Below, piece after piece: positions 12,294 through 25,431 of a stretch of 64,000 nt of DNA. The stretch lies in contig CM059438.1 of assembly GCA_030390025.1 (NCBI GenBank), positions 63,614,001 to 63,678,000 of the forward strand. The letters are read 5' to 3'. The translations under genes were made by a program, and so were the position numbers. The stretch is from Squalus acanthias. Lineage: Eukaryota. The stretch's first letter is position 1. Each line of letters starts with the position of its first letter. A model generated the notes under the pieces. The model was not told where the DNA came from and did not search any database. It saw only the letters and a program-made list of their open reading frames with translations.

Positions 12294-12800
12294 AGAATAC
12301 TCTCCACTTGCCTGGATGAGCAGAGCTCCAACAGCACTCAAGAAGCTCGACGCCATCCAGGACAAAGCAGCCCGCTTGATTGGCACCCCATCCACCACCT
12401 TAAAGATTCACTCCCTCCACCACCGGCGTACCGTGGCTGCAGTGTGTACCATCTACAAGATGCACTGCAGCAACTCGCCAAGGTTTCTTCGGCAGCACCT
12501 CCCAAACCCGCGACCTCTACCACCTAGAAGGACAAGGGCAGCACGCGCGTGGGAACACCACCACCTCCAAGTTCCCCTCCAAGTCACACACCATCCTGAC
12601 TTAGAAGTATATCGCCGATCCTTCATCGTCGCTGAGTCAAAATCCTGGAACTCCCTCCCTATCAGCACTGTGGGAGTACCTTCACCACACGGACTGCAGC
12701 AGTTCAAGAAGGCGGCTCAGCACCACCTTCTCAAGGGCAACTAGGGATGGGCAATAAATGCTGGCCTTGCCAGCGACGCCCACATCCCATAAACAAATAT
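12294..12800 (+). mobile_element. Non-LTR retrotransposon 3' fragment (clade unresolved)
   Basis: EYSPLAWMS..LDAIQDKAARLIG..LHHRRTVAA post-RT peptide; tail shared with SINEs at 29905 and 53380. Confidence 0.8.
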
Positions 12801-14249
12801 AAAATAGATTCAGGTTCCCTGCACAACCATTAAATTGTCATTCCAGCAGGTTTCAAAATTCCAAGGAAAATTCATAAAAATGATTGACATAATAGGACCT
12901 CGGGTTAACATGACATTGGGGTCCTATTGACGTAATGGGACCTTGATTTGCATGGATGCATGAGGCTCTCTCCCGATCAGGGTGACCCCTCATATGCCTG
13001 AAAAATCAGGTATGTAATAATCTCAGCTGAGTGGAAATGGAGTGGGTATTTCACCACTCCATTTTAACTGCCCTGTTTTCCCTCCAGTGAGTTAAAGTAG
13101 GAGATGGTTTGCTGACTCTTGATCTCAGTGTAGCGAGGATACAGGGAGGAGTGTGTAGGATGACTTATCTGAAATGGAAGTGTGCTAAACAAAAGACTGC
13201 ACTCAATAGCAGAAAATGGGTAAGCGAGCAAGAGTAAATGGACAGCTTCTTACTTTCTGTGGGGATACGTTATTCTATTCTCACCTTCAACCAAGGCCCT
13301 CACATCAGATTCCGTACAAATCCTTTCAATGCATCAGTGACAGTGGTCCCAGAACGCAGATAGAAAGATCAATCTTTTTTTTATTCTGCATAAAGACAAA
13401 ACTCTTCATCGGTGTCGGTTGCTTGCTGGAATACAAGGAAAGGGCAACGCAGGAAGAATAGGAGGATACTGGGAATAGCATTTCATCATCATCTTCATTA
13501 GCATGGAACAGTATTGCTGCTTTCCGAAAGGTTAAACTCTTGGCATTTTCCTCGGCGGGTTGTAATAGTTATGCTAATCACATGGCACGTTAAGTTCTTG
13601 GACTTCTCAGAACATTTGCAAGGCCTCTTGAGGAAGATATTTTCCACTCTCTCAACCAGATGAACGTTTCGATTCATCTCCCACGGTACCGCTGCACGCC
13701 GGTGTGTCATTTCCATTTACACATTTCAGTACAAAAGATTGAGAAAGATGATTAAATGTGACAGCTGTAGAATAATTAACCTGCATTTGATCTGGGTAAT
13801 CAAATGGACGTGCAGGGACCAGAGGAGCCTATTTGCATACATGATTTGCAATTGATGACACTGAAATTAAAAAGCAATATTTTGATACAGTATATCCAGT
13901 TTACACTGTGTAAATCTTTTTAAAGGGGTTGCTCCTGATTTATCTGTTAAATTATTTAATGAGCTATTTTTGCCATCGATTTTTGGTTTGCACTCATTCA
14001 CAAGTCACTAATTTGACAAGTGTGATATTGACAGATGTGTGCTTTTGGGCCTGTCACACTTGACAATGGATAATGAGGCTGCATTATGACAAGTGTAACA
14101 TCTACGTATCCGCTGTTCCTGTGTCACACCAAGCTAATTGCTTAGAGTACTGGCACAGAATCTGTTCCATCTCTGAAGGGTATTGCAGCGCTATGAACAG
14201 CCTGAACTAACAAAGTCACTATAATTTGGTTTCACTCTATTCGGATGGA

Positions 14250-15320
14250 TATCAAACCGAGGCCTTGTCTGCTCTCTCTGATAGACATAAAAGATCCCAT
14301 GGCACTATTCGAAGAAGAGCAGGGGAGTTCACCCCGATGTCCTGGGCCAATATTTACCCCTCAACCAACATCACGAAAACAAATGATCTGGTCATTATCA
14401 CATTGTTGTTTGTGGGAGCTTGCTGTGCGCAAATTACCTGCCGTGTTTCCTACATTACAACAGTGACTACGGGGGCGATTTTGCCAGCTCTGGGGAGGCA
14501 GGTATGGAGGCGGGACTGCCGGGAAAATGGCATAATTTGAGGGCGGGTGCCCAACCCGCACCCATACCATCTTCCTAGGAGGCGGGTAGCTGTCCCGCGC
14601 CGGGTCCCATCTCCTTGGAGGTGGGAAGGGATTAAAGCCTATTAACTGCCTGTTAACAGGTAGTTAACAGGCAGATAATAGGATTATCCCCTTTTTGCCC
14701 TCACAAGTGCGGGCTTCCCGAAGGCTCCGAAACCCGCCAGGTCAGCGAGGCGAGTACTGGGTCTGCGGGGGTCGCGGGGGGGGGGGGTGCAAAAGTGTGG
14801 TGTGAAGGTAAGTGATGGGTGCAAGAGTGGAGAGGTGAGTATCTGAGGTAAGTGCAAAGTGTTAGTAAAAGTGTACTTACCTTTGTTTCTTCCTGCAGGC
14901 TTCAGTCGGTGTGTATGCGGAGAGTCTTGGAACTCTGTGTTTCAGATAACAGATGGCCGTTGCATTCTCAGATGCAACAACCACCTCTCACTATTTGACA
15001 GCTTCACAGAGCTGGCAAACGATAACAATTCATCTGTCAAAAATTTTTGACAGATGAAACGTCATACGTTGACGTTCTCTGCAACCGGCTTTCCCTTAAT
15101 TGGCCTGCTAAGCCTGCTGGGCGGGCTTAACAAGGTCAATCAAGGGAAAATAGCGTGGGTTGGCCAGAAGTCGATGGAGGCGGGACATCGACCCGCCAAG
15201 CAGCAGTCCCACCTCCAACGCACCCCCATTGGCAAAATCACCCCCTACACTTCAAAAAGTACTTTGGGACATGCTGATGTCAGGAAAGGCACTATACAAA
15301 TGCAAGTTCTTTCTTTCCTG
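14250..15320 (+). mobile_element. Deu-domain SINE (SacSINE1-like) split by a MITE
   Basis: AAAGATCCCATGGCACT core; CAGTGACTAC|ACTTCAAAA resumes after the MITE. Confidence 0.8.
14471..15245. mobile_element. Harbinger-like MITE, TSD TAC
   Basis: TIR GGGGGCGATTTTGCCA/TGGCAAAATCACCCCC; TAC duplicated; inverted relative at 25432-26174. Confidence 0.88.
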
Positions 15321-16528
15321 GGCTGGAGATCTCAGTAACACATGAGGTGGTGTTTTTGCTCACTCGGACTGTGGAGGACCAGTCTTTCTTTAATAAATCT
15401 TTTTACGTCAATGTTTCAAAGAGGATGTTTGGAATTATGAATGAACAATAAATGTTGTGAGATGTAGTCAGCTTATTAATAGTACTGGAACTTTGCCTCC
15501 CAATTACAAAATTGTTTCTGTGTATTATGATTCTATCCTCCTGTGAATCATATGACAATGTCATTCAGTAGTGGTGACATTGCAAAAACCTCTCTCAGCC
15601 TCTCATCACAGTAATTTCAACATTGTTATTAACACTCTTCATTTTAATGGGGCCATTATATATATATATGATAAAGAGAATGGAAGGAAGGAAGTGAGTA
15701 AAAGGCTATAATTAAGCCTTGGGGTCTGCTAACATTGATAAGCCATCCTAGATTGCCTGTCATAGTTTGCAATGCCATCTGGATCCCTCAATTAAATTAT
15801 ATTATATCCTCCTTGCTTGCTTCCTGCTAACCATGATTTTAACTACTGTAGATGGTTCTCCTTTGCCCAACAATGCTGTTATTACAGTTTCTAGCCAAAC
15901 ATAGTTTCTTGCTGCCATTGACCCTTGATGTGATAACACAATTCGTACAAGGAGCCCAAAAGCAGGAAATGACTGAAAATATCAAGGTAAGAAGTGAGCA
16001 ATAATTGAAGTGTCAGTTTTTCTGTGAATTCTCAATTAACCAATTGTCAAATTTGTTCAAATTGATTTTTTTTTTTGCGAACATAAATGAACTTTTAAAA
16101 TATTTAGGACAGATTCATAAGCAGAACTCCCACTCTGCTGTTAATTTTCACAAATCTTCGACTTCGAAACTTGGTACCACTCCCCTTTTAGAGAAGGTGG
16201 CATAACAACTGGGAGCAGCTGCAACAACTGGGGCAAGGCCAGATGTTTCACATGTAGTTGTTGCTGACAGCGCAGAAAGAGGAGAGAGTTTGTAAAATTC
16301 CATCTTAAGTATTAACTATTGAAACTGCGCAGATGGGTTTTATTATTTCAACCTCAACCTCCTCCCCAAACAAAACCTTATGTGCTGGGTTGATGTTGCG
16401 TGGTATATAAAATAACGGAGGAGTTATAATTTTTACTTTTTATCAAAGCTGGTCAAAAACATACACAAAATACCATGATATTGGGTTCTCCAAATTTAGT
16501 ATTAAGACTGTCCGGGAAAATCCTTGGG

Positions 16529-16928
16529 CATAGAAACATAGAAACTAGGAGCAGGAGTAGGCCATTCGGCCCATCGAGCCTGCTCCACCATTCAATACGA
16601 TCATGGCTGATCATCCAAATCTAGTACCCTGTCCCTGCTTTCTCACCAGAATCCCCATCGAGCCTGCACCGACACATATCCCACCCTATCCCCGTAACCC
16701 CACATATTTAATTCCCCCCTAACACTAAGGGTCAATTTATCATAGCCAAATCAACCTAACCCGCACATTTTTGGACTGTGGGAGGAAACCGGAGCACCCG
16801 GAGGAAACCCACGCAGACACGGGGAGAATGTGCAAACTCCACACAGACAGTCACCCGAGGCCAGATTCGAACCCGGGTCCCTGGCGCTGTGAGGCACCAG
16901 TGCTAACCACTATGCCACCGTGTTGCCC
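16529..16928 (-). mobile_element. Full-length tRNA-derived V-SINE (HE1-like) with CR1-derived tail
   Basis: A box TGGCATAGTGG, B box GGTTCGAATCT, V-domain GTGTGGAGTTTGCACATTCTCCCCGTGTCTGCGTGGG, (TTTCTATG)n tail. Confidence 0.88.
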
Positions 16929-17519
16929 TGTATTGCATTGAAGGTGTAACGAAATGAAGTCCCAGCTTTAGAGAATATCTTCCCGCCTGATACTTGATTT
17001 GAGTCTCGAACGTATGGTAGGAATTCCAGCTGTATTATAGCAGGATATCTTTGAATGAGGAATGTTCTAAAGTGAGTGGCTGTTTTCTCTTATGTTCAAA
17101 TTCAGAGACCCAGGGGACCTTTGTAAATTTCCCCTCTCCCCTAACCCAAATGTACATTGCATTATCCTTTCTTATCTACCCAACCAAGTTCAAATTTGTC
17201 TCATCCACCCCTTGTAAATTGGAATTTGCCTCTCCTATTGCAGATTGGATTTCTCCTCTTTCCCCCAAATGTAGATTGGAAATTTCCTCATCGCCCCGAG
17301 TAAATTGGAATTTTTCTCTTCTCCTAACATTGTATACTAAATGTTCCTCTTGAACCCCATTGTTGATTAGAAGTTTCCTCTTTCTCTTGTAGATTGGAGT
17401 TTTTCCTACTCATTCCACATTGTACATATTATCTCTCTCTCCTTACATTTTAGATTTGATTTTTCTATCTCCCTCCTTGTGTCTCCCATCCCGCACAGAT
17501 CTTTTTCCATTTAAAAAAA

Positions 17520-17940
17520 AGAAAGAACTTACATTTATACAGCGCCTTTCACAACCTCAGGTTGTCCCAAAGCGCTTTACAGCCAATTAAATGCTTTGTT
17601 TTGAAGTGTAGTCACTGTTGCAATGTAGGAAGCGTTGCAGCCAAATTTGCACACAGCATGGCCCCACAAACAGCCATTAGATAGATGACCAGACAATCTG
17701 TTTTTTAGTGATAATGATTGCGGAATAAATATTGGCCAGGACACCGGGGAGAATTCCCCTGCTCTTCTTCGAAACAGTGCCATGGGATCTTTTACGCCTA
17801 CCTGAGAGGGCAAAAGGGCCTCGGTTTAACATCTCATCCAAACAGCTCCAACAGTGCAGCACTCCCTCAGTACTCCACTCGAGTGTCAGCCTAGATTTTG
17901 TGCTCAAGTCTCAGGAGTGGGGCTTGAACCCACGACCACT
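17520..17940 (-). mobile_element. Deu-domain SINE
   Basis: B box, core and L2-like tail as in 24030-24435. Confidence 0.85.
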
Positions 17941-18526
17941 TTATGTCTTGGTGCAAATTGTAGACTTACTGCGAAATACAAATTTTCACAAGATGTAAAC
18001 GCTGATCACTTGTTAATTAGAGCATCCTACCCCGCAGATCATTTTGACTTGACTAACCCTGAGCAGTTGCCCTATTCTCATACAGCTGGAGTGACTGGTG
18101 GCCTCCTCTGCTTCCATTTTTCGGCTAGTTTCCAGTTCTTGCTGCCCTTCCCCCGCTCCAATTCTAATCGCCAATTAAATGAAGTTTGTAAATCAAGGTC
18201 GGTTTTATTGCTGTCGCAATGAAGCATTATAAAAAGGAGGAAGAATAGATGTGTGGCAAGGCTTCTTAATTAACTAAGCACCAAGGAATAAATTGTATGG
18301 ATCAATCACCAAAAGCAGTGAGGTCTAGAAATAGCACTGAAGCAAAGCAGAGGGTGCAGTTGTGCAGTCCACAAGCTTAGTATTGGCATGAAGCCAAAAC
18401 TGCTTTGCATCGACGCTAATCTTGGGGTGAGTGTAAATCAGGTGTCAAGGCTCGAAGTAACTCTCCAGTGCAGCAGAGTGAGACTATCTTCTCCAGGGAG
18501 CCTTATTCGGCTTCCTTCTAGTGTCA

Positions 18527-18696
18527 TAACCACAGATAATGCTGGAAATACTCAGCAGGGCAGGCAGCATCTGTGGAGAGAGAAACGCTTCTTATCGACC
18601 TGATACGTTAACTGTTTCTCTGCCTAACATGCTGAGCATTTACAGCATTTTCCGTTTTTAGTTCCGATTCCCAGCAACCGCAGTAGTTTGCTTTTG
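18527..18696. mobile_element. Penelope-type family B fold-back remnant
   Basis: Inverted arms; ~14-bp TSD TCCTTC(T/C)AGTGTCA. Confidence 0.7.
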
Positions 18697-20589
18697 TCCT
18701 TCCAGTGTCAGATTGGGTCCTGATGTCCATTTACACACCAACTGCAAATTTGGAACCAAGCCAAACGGTTTCGCACCAATGCCATTGTTGTAGTGTGAGT
18801 GCACACACAGTTAATATAAATTTATTCAGAGCTTCCTCTGGGACCGATCCTTTCTTCGCAACCTCAGTTGAGGGAGGCATATGCCAGTCAGTAACCCCCA
18901 TAGTGTGGCAATCGGCCACAACTTCGGCATTTCATGCCATCTATTGTTATAAATAATGTTCAGAAAGCTAATGAGGAGTATCAGAGGTAAAGTAAGATAA
19001 GAAGTCTGTGATCTTTCCAATTACCCCAATGGATGGAGATGGTTGTTTTTGGTCTGGTCCTGAATAGTCCCACATCCTTAACACATATTGGGCGTGGGGA
19101 GAATTGGCTGAGTTTACGTATGTTTAGTGGTAACATCATGGGTTACCACCACCTCCTGGCATTTGCCTGATTGCCTTAGAGAGTTGGGAAGGAATTTTCT
19201 GAAATTGGCCACAGGCACTCTCCTTTCAATTTTTAGCCTCCAGCAGCTAGCAGTGGTTGGGGGAGGTTGCAACATCTAGGGTGAACACTGATGGGCTTGA
19301 TAGTCTTTTCTCACCTTTCTTCATGTGCTTTTTTAATGAACAAACCCTGGCTTGAGCTCCAGTGGATCACAAAACCCACCCGTGTAAGCCGGAACACCGA
19401 CAAATTGTGGCGTCTTGATGTTCCAGTGGACGAATTTAGCAAGCTTATCAAGGGAGTAACTTGCCGAGCTCGCGCTACTGGCGACTGCGTCCAATGGGAA
19501 ATCGTGGTTGGGTTGCTGATGATTTATCTGGCATGGATTTTAATGGACTTATAATCGTGGGCAGTGATTTCCTGATGAACCATGGGCCAATGAACAAAAC
19601 TCTTCATTGCTCATGGGAGCTGAGATAATTGGTCCTCAAGTCAAACCCCCACCCCGAATGTGTTCTGAGTTCAGCAAGAAAGCTCTCTCACCCCGCCCCC
19701 AGTCAACCGAGCTGGAAGAGCCATTTTCATGAACTGCCCATTGTCCAATGTCCTTGATGCCAGGCAATGAGGCTCTGCAGGAAAGTTTTACCATCAGAGT
19801 CTCGTGGGACGAATGATCATCTGAGAGAGCTGCCAGTATCTAAGACAGCAGTGCACAGGCCGGCAGCAGCTGTCTGATCCCTATTCCTTAAACTTAACGA
19901 GGCATTATTGGCGCATTCAATTATTTTCCATTGTCTACACTGTGGCTGGGGCTGACATTGCTAAAAAGATTCCTGACATAAACAGCTGGTAGATAATTGC
20001 ACCTTGACACATGACGAGATCATTTGGCCAGGACTGTTCAAACATACAAAAATGATTGTGAATGTTCGAACGCTACAGTTAGTAATTGGCTGTGGGCAGG
20101 GCACAAAGGGAAAAACAACATCACAGTTGAGACGCAACAGACAGAACTAAATAATCTTTACACGAGGCAAATAAATGTCAGACTCTGTATGTCGAGCTTC
20201 CTGGCCATCAATTATCAACCGTGTCTCGATAAACCAGTAGTAATGACAATGATGGTGCAGTTGCTCATCATTCAGTTTGACATGTTTTGTTTAATGGTCT
20301 TTCTGCCTTTCCTAAAATATCTTCTGAATAAATTAGCAGCAACAGCAATTGAGTAGATGGTGCTACAGAAAATGACGTGCATTTGTGGAGTGAGAGGGGA
20401 ACTAACAGATATGTTGAGAGGGCAGATAGGTGGGGTTGACCTATGAAAAAGAGACCAGTTTCTTGGGCCTAATGACTTTTTCTTCTGCAATGTTCTTATA
20501 TTCCAATAAATGTGAATGCTATCGAACATCAAGGATACAGAATGCCTTGCCAGTCAGAACTGATAGATCTAAGACTGAACAAACTCATT

Positions 20590-21499
20590 GGCCCCGCTAT
20601 TTACGGCAAGGCTGGGAGGGAGCGTGTTTGCGGGAGGGAATCCCAGAAATGCCGGGAATGTGGAGGTCTTGCTAAATTTAATGGTAGGACCTCATTATAA
20701 TTTTTTTACTCCGTGAGGGATGGTCCCCGGGAAACATCGTGGGTTGGTGGGGAGTTCGGGGGCCCAAGAGAGATCGCGGGTTTGGAGGGTGGTGGCGGGG
20801 GCGGGGGGGGGGAGGGCATTGGCCAATCGCGGCTGAAGATTTGCCTGAGGGGCCGGGGGTGGGGGTGGAGCACTCCTGCTGCTCCTGGCCTACAAGCAGT
20901 GCTCTAAAAAGCACCAACCTGTTTGATCCAGCTGCTCCTGCCTCCCTTTAGCTGCCAGAGTTCAGGGAAACCCGGCCGGCCAACGTTAACGTTTAAATCA
21001 CTGCCAAAATAGCAGGAACAATACCTCATTTAAATATTATAATGGCGGACCCACCTCTCCAGAGCTGGTTACTCGGACGACCCGAGACCCACCGCGGTTA
21101 AAATGGATGCATAGAAACATAGAAACATAGAAACTAGGGGCAAGAGTAGGCCATTCGGCCCGTCGAGCCTGCTCCACCATTCAATACGATCATGGCTGAT
21201 CATCCAAATCCAGTACCCTGTCCCTGCTTTCTCACACAGAATCCCCATCGAGCCTGCACCGACACATATCCCACCCTATCCCCGTAACCCCACGTATTTA
21301 ATTCCCCCTAACATATCCCATCCTATCCCTGTAACCCCACATATTTAATCCCCCCCTAACACTAAGGGTCAATTTATCATAGCCAAATCAACCGCAGGTG
21401 TGTTCGCGGTGGGCTGGGGTCAGGTTTCGCGGATTTGCAGACTTAACCTCCTCCCCTGACCCGCTCCTGCCCGATGTGTGGGGGGTTAAAACTCCCCCC
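20590..21499. mobile_element. GC-rich MITE-like element with nested SINE
   Basis: Imperfect TIRs GGCCCCGCTATTT/AAAACTCCCCCC; flanks ATT/AGT. Confidence 0.55.
21110..21393 (-). mobile_element. 5'-truncated HE1-like SINE with internal ~49-bp tandem duplication
   Basis: Near-identical to 16529-16755. Confidence 0.85.
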
Positions 21500-21700
21500 A
21501 GTGTCAAGTCAAACAATATCAAAAATAATGAATATTATAGAGAAATCTGGGATTCAGATGATGATTGTGAACTACTCAAGTTTTCCTCTGTTGATTTATC
21601 ACATCTTTTGAACCCTTTATTTATGCTGCGACCTTGCTATCCATTACATAGAATTTACAGTACGGAAACAGGCCATTCGGCCCAACTAGTCTCTGCCAGT

Positions 21701-22172
21701 ACATTGATGGCTGTATCGGTGCTGACTCAACATAGAGTTCAACAATTTCAGACCATAACCTCTGCCCCTATCTTTTTTTTCCATTTTTTTTCTCTCTCTC
21801 TCACATGGCAGCTGTCAATCATTCCGCCATCGCCATTTACACTTCATCTAGAGCCATCTTTTGTTTCTTAACTTGTCCCATTACCATCTCCTTTTGCCTT
21901 GCACCACCATCCCTTTTGTCTCTTAATCTCTCCTGTCTTCCATCCTATCACAGACCTTCCCTTTTGTTCTTTCCTCCCCCTCTTTCCCTGCCCCTGCACT
22001 TGCTTAGAAACCTGTTCCATCTCCAGCTTTTTCCAGTTCTGATGAAGGGTCATCGACCTGAAACGTTAACTCTGTTTCTCTCTCCATAGATTCTGCCTGA
22101 CCTGCTGAGTATTTCCAGCATTTTCTGTTTTTATTTCAGATTTCCAGCATCTGCAGTATTTTGCTTTTGTAT
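21701..22172 (+). mobile_element. Penelope-type family B 3' fragment inserted in a CR1 tail
   Basis: LNIEFNNFRP* (GIY-YIG-type C-terminus), hammerhead motif, 14-bp TSD TAGTCT(C/A)TGCCAGT. Confidence 0.75.
22035..22071 (+). ncRNA. Minimal type I hammerhead ribozyme motif (family B)
   Basis: AGTT-CTGATGA-AGGGTCATCGACCT-GAAAC-GTT-AACT; stem I AGTT/AACT, stem II GGTC/GACC, palindromic AACGTT. Confidence 0.75.
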
Positions 22173-22404
22173 TAGTCTATGCCAGTGTTTATACTCCACA
22201 CAAGCCTCCTCCCACTCTAACTACTTCTTCCCATTCTGCCCCTCGCATCCCTCTCTTCCCTTCTCCCTCATGTATGTACAAAGCCTCCTCTTAAAGGCAA
22301 CAATGTTCTCTGATTCAAGCACTCCATGTGGCAGCGAGTTCCACATTCTCACCAGTCTCTGTGTATAAAGCAATTCCTCTTAAATCCTTTATTTGATCTG
22401 TTAA

Positions 22405-22790
22405 AAGAAAAAGACTTGCATTTATATAGCGCCTTTCACGACCACTGGACGTCTCAAAGTGTTTTAAAGCCAATGAAGTACTTTTGAAGTGTAGTCACTG
22501 TTGTAATGTGGGAAACGCGGCAGCCAATTTGCGCACAGCAAGCTCCCACAAAACAACAATGTGATAATGACCAGATAATCTGTTTTTGTTATGGTGGTTG
22601 AGGGGTAAATATTGGCCCAGGACACCGGGGATAACTCCCCCGCTCTTCTTCGAAATAGTGCCATGGGATCTTTTACGTCCACCTGAGAGGGCAGACGGGG
22701 CCTCGGTTTAACGTCTCATCCAAAAGACGGCACCTCCAAAAGTGCAGCACCCCCTCAGCACTGCATTGGAGTGTCAGCCTAGCTTTATGT
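22405..22790 (-). mobile_element. Deu-domain SINE
   Basis: Same core and tail as other copies. Confidence 0.85.
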
Positions 22791-24029
22791 GTTAGTAGCT
22801 ATCATATTTATGGCCCCTTGTTCTGCGAAAAAACTCAGGAGAAAATTTATTTTGAGTATAAATAAGGAAACAATAGCTCAGAAAATGCCCTTACTTTCAT
22901 CTTGCTTGCCAAAAGGAGTAGGATGAACATCTGGTTGGGAAAGGAATTAAAACTTCCAGATATAATTTGCGACTGAGATGATCAAATACTCTGTGGAACC
23001 TGATGGTTCCAATGCTTTGGGGACCATGGCACTGTCATCTGTGGAATGAGCCCGACCAAGCTTAAATAATGGAAGTGTAAATATAGGTAGTTTAATTGGA
23101 GTTTTACTGCTTTAGTGGGGTGCAGGGAGGAGGGGCCGAGCAGAAAGCTGATAGAATGTTCGGTAAGATGATTGAATAAGGAGGATTGAATCCATGATGA
23201 GGTAGTTTATAACCTTTCCAAGTTCCTTGCTTTCAGCTGTCTTTAAATATACAAACGTTAATTTTTGAGACGTTTACACATTGCCCATATTAAGACTGAC
23301 AAATCAGCGTGAGAAATGTTAACCACGTTTGCCACATTGTAAATTTGATTTTGTGAAAATGATTTGCTTGATCAGGACAAGGACTGTTTACATGGTTAGA
23401 TACAGTGTAAAACCGAGCAGTGAAATTAAGCCGAATCATGTTAACCTTGGAAAGCTATATAATGAACTGTCAGATTGAATCAGTGATGTACTAGCTTATA
23501 ATGGCCTGTGACACTGACTCATTTTAGTTGATTTGGTGTAAAATAAGATGCATTCCGTGTGTTGATCGTTTATGTGATCCCTTCTCTGTGAAAAATCATA
23601 CGGTATTGCATTAACAGCGCTGTTAACGCTGCCTGAAATAAAGAATGAACACTTCCCCAGTTGATTGTAGTAAATTAGGAATTGTTTTAATGACTTCCTC
23701 AGTAGTTCAGAACTGTCCTATTGAGGAGTACAGTAGCGTTTTTCCACTCAAAGCAAACCAAACCAAACAAGTTTGCAGCCACTTTAGTTCCAGGCCACTT
23801 TAGTTCCAGACAATGAAAGTCAAATGTCTACCATTTCAAAGCAAGCTAAGAGGTGCACATCTTTGGTGCACTACTTGACCCCAGCTCAACTTCCTCCCCC
23901 ACACCTGCCGCATTACCAAGGCCATTTTATTATACCTTTATACCCTTGCCCTCTTCCGCCACTACCTCGCCCCCCCCCCTCCCCCCTCTGCTGGTCTGTG
24001 CCGTCATCACCTTGAGGATTAACTTCTTA

Positions 24030-24435
24030 GCTCTGTATCAGCTGTGGCTCAGTGGGTAGCACTCTCGCCTCTGAGTCACAAGGTTGCCTGATTCAAGCCC
24101 CACTCCAGGGACTTGAGCACAGAAAGCAAGGCCGACACTCCAGTGCAGTACTGAGACGTTAAACTGAGGCCCTGTCTGCTTTCTAAAGTGGATGTAAAAG
24201 ATCCCACGGCACTGTTTCGAAGAAGAGCAGGGGATTTATTTATCCCTCAATCAACATCACAAAAACAGATTATCTGGCCCTTATCATATTGCTGTTTGTG
24301 GGAGCTTGCTGTGTGCAAATTGGTTGCTACATTACAACAGTGAGTACACTTCAATACTGCTTCATTGGCTGTAAAATGATTTGGGACGTCCTGAGGTCCT
24401 GAAAGGCGCTATATAAATGCAAGTCTTTTCTTTTT
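24030..24435 (+). mobile_element. Deu-domain SINE with tRNA-like head
   Basis: A box TGGCTCAGTGG, B-box-like GATTCAAGCCC, core, tail AAGGCGCTATATAAATGCAAG. Confidence 0.85.
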
Positions 24436-25261
24436 CTCTCTAATACTCTCCAAGATGCACTATCTGACTTAACCCAACATAGTTGTCATATTTTGGGATT
24501 CTTTGACCATTTTTCCAAAGAAAGGATTTTGCGAAAAAAGTAACATTTAAGGGTTGCGTTTTAAAGCAAAACGTACTCACACCAATAATTTTTTAAATAG
24601 AGTGACCGCTGCCAATGAACCGGAAGCTGCGCAGAAGAATTTTTATTCTCTTCAGTTTGGCAGCAGATCACTTTTCCCCGACACATAAATGTTAACTTTC
24701 TCTCTCGGCTCAGTTCGGCAGCGCATAAATGTTCAACAGCGATCAAACTTTTAATTTTTATTTTCTTCAGTTCGGCAGCAGCGATCTCTTTCCCCCACTC
24801 CGTCCCCTCCTTTCTCTCCCACCAATCTGTGGGAAGTCCGATGAGAGCAACCGAAAAAACCACTGGAACTGCGCGGGCTTTACTTTGTTGGCAGCAGTCG
24901 CGTCCTTTCTTAAAAAAAGGCACTGAGGTGGAAACGTGTTAAAATATTAATGAGCTAGGCTTTGAAGTTGTTTCCCCAAAGACTGCAAATAATGAGCAAT
25001 TTGTTAGTCTGTCGTGGTAACTGATAAACACCTCACGCACATTGTCCCTGGTCTCTGTTGCTCTGCAGGGGTTGTCTCGAGTAACGTTCTGAAAACGGGG
25101 ATAAAAGACAGAGATGGAGACAGAAAAACATCATAATTAAATTTTTAAACTGAAAGCTGTGAGCATAAACTATCAGCAAGCTCAGAAGGTTAGGCTGCAG
25201 AATGATTCAATGATGTGGTGAAGTCTAGCGTGTTCATCATTTTGCAATATTTGTTTCACGT

Positions 25262-25431
25262 TTCTATGGGATGTGGGCGTCGCTGACAAGGCCGGCATTT
25301 ATTGCCCATCCCTAGTTACCCTTCAGTCGGTGCTGCTGGGCCACCTTCTTGAACCGCTGCAGTCCGTCTGGTGAAGGTGATCCCAAAATGCTGTTAGGTA
25401 GGGAATTCCAGGATTTTGATTCAGCAACAAT
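25262..25431 (-). mobile_element. LINE 3' fragment of the 12294-12800 family
   Basis: KSWNSLP..GLQRFKK..LKGN plus tail. Confidence 0.75.

Noticed and set aside
13216..13716. Possible host exon (ORFs 13216..13461 and 13498..13716)
   Set aside because: No recognisable protein; the frames I checked are interrupted by stops and have no consistent splice pair.
16855..16928. tRNA gene (also 24040-24105, 53380-53465)
   Set aside because: A/B boxes are SINE heads continuing into SINE bodies.
23778..23809. Direct repeat GCCACTTTAGTTCCAG x2, CRISPR-like or TSD footprint
   Set aside because: Adjacent 16-bp tandem duplication without spacer in eukaryotic DNA.
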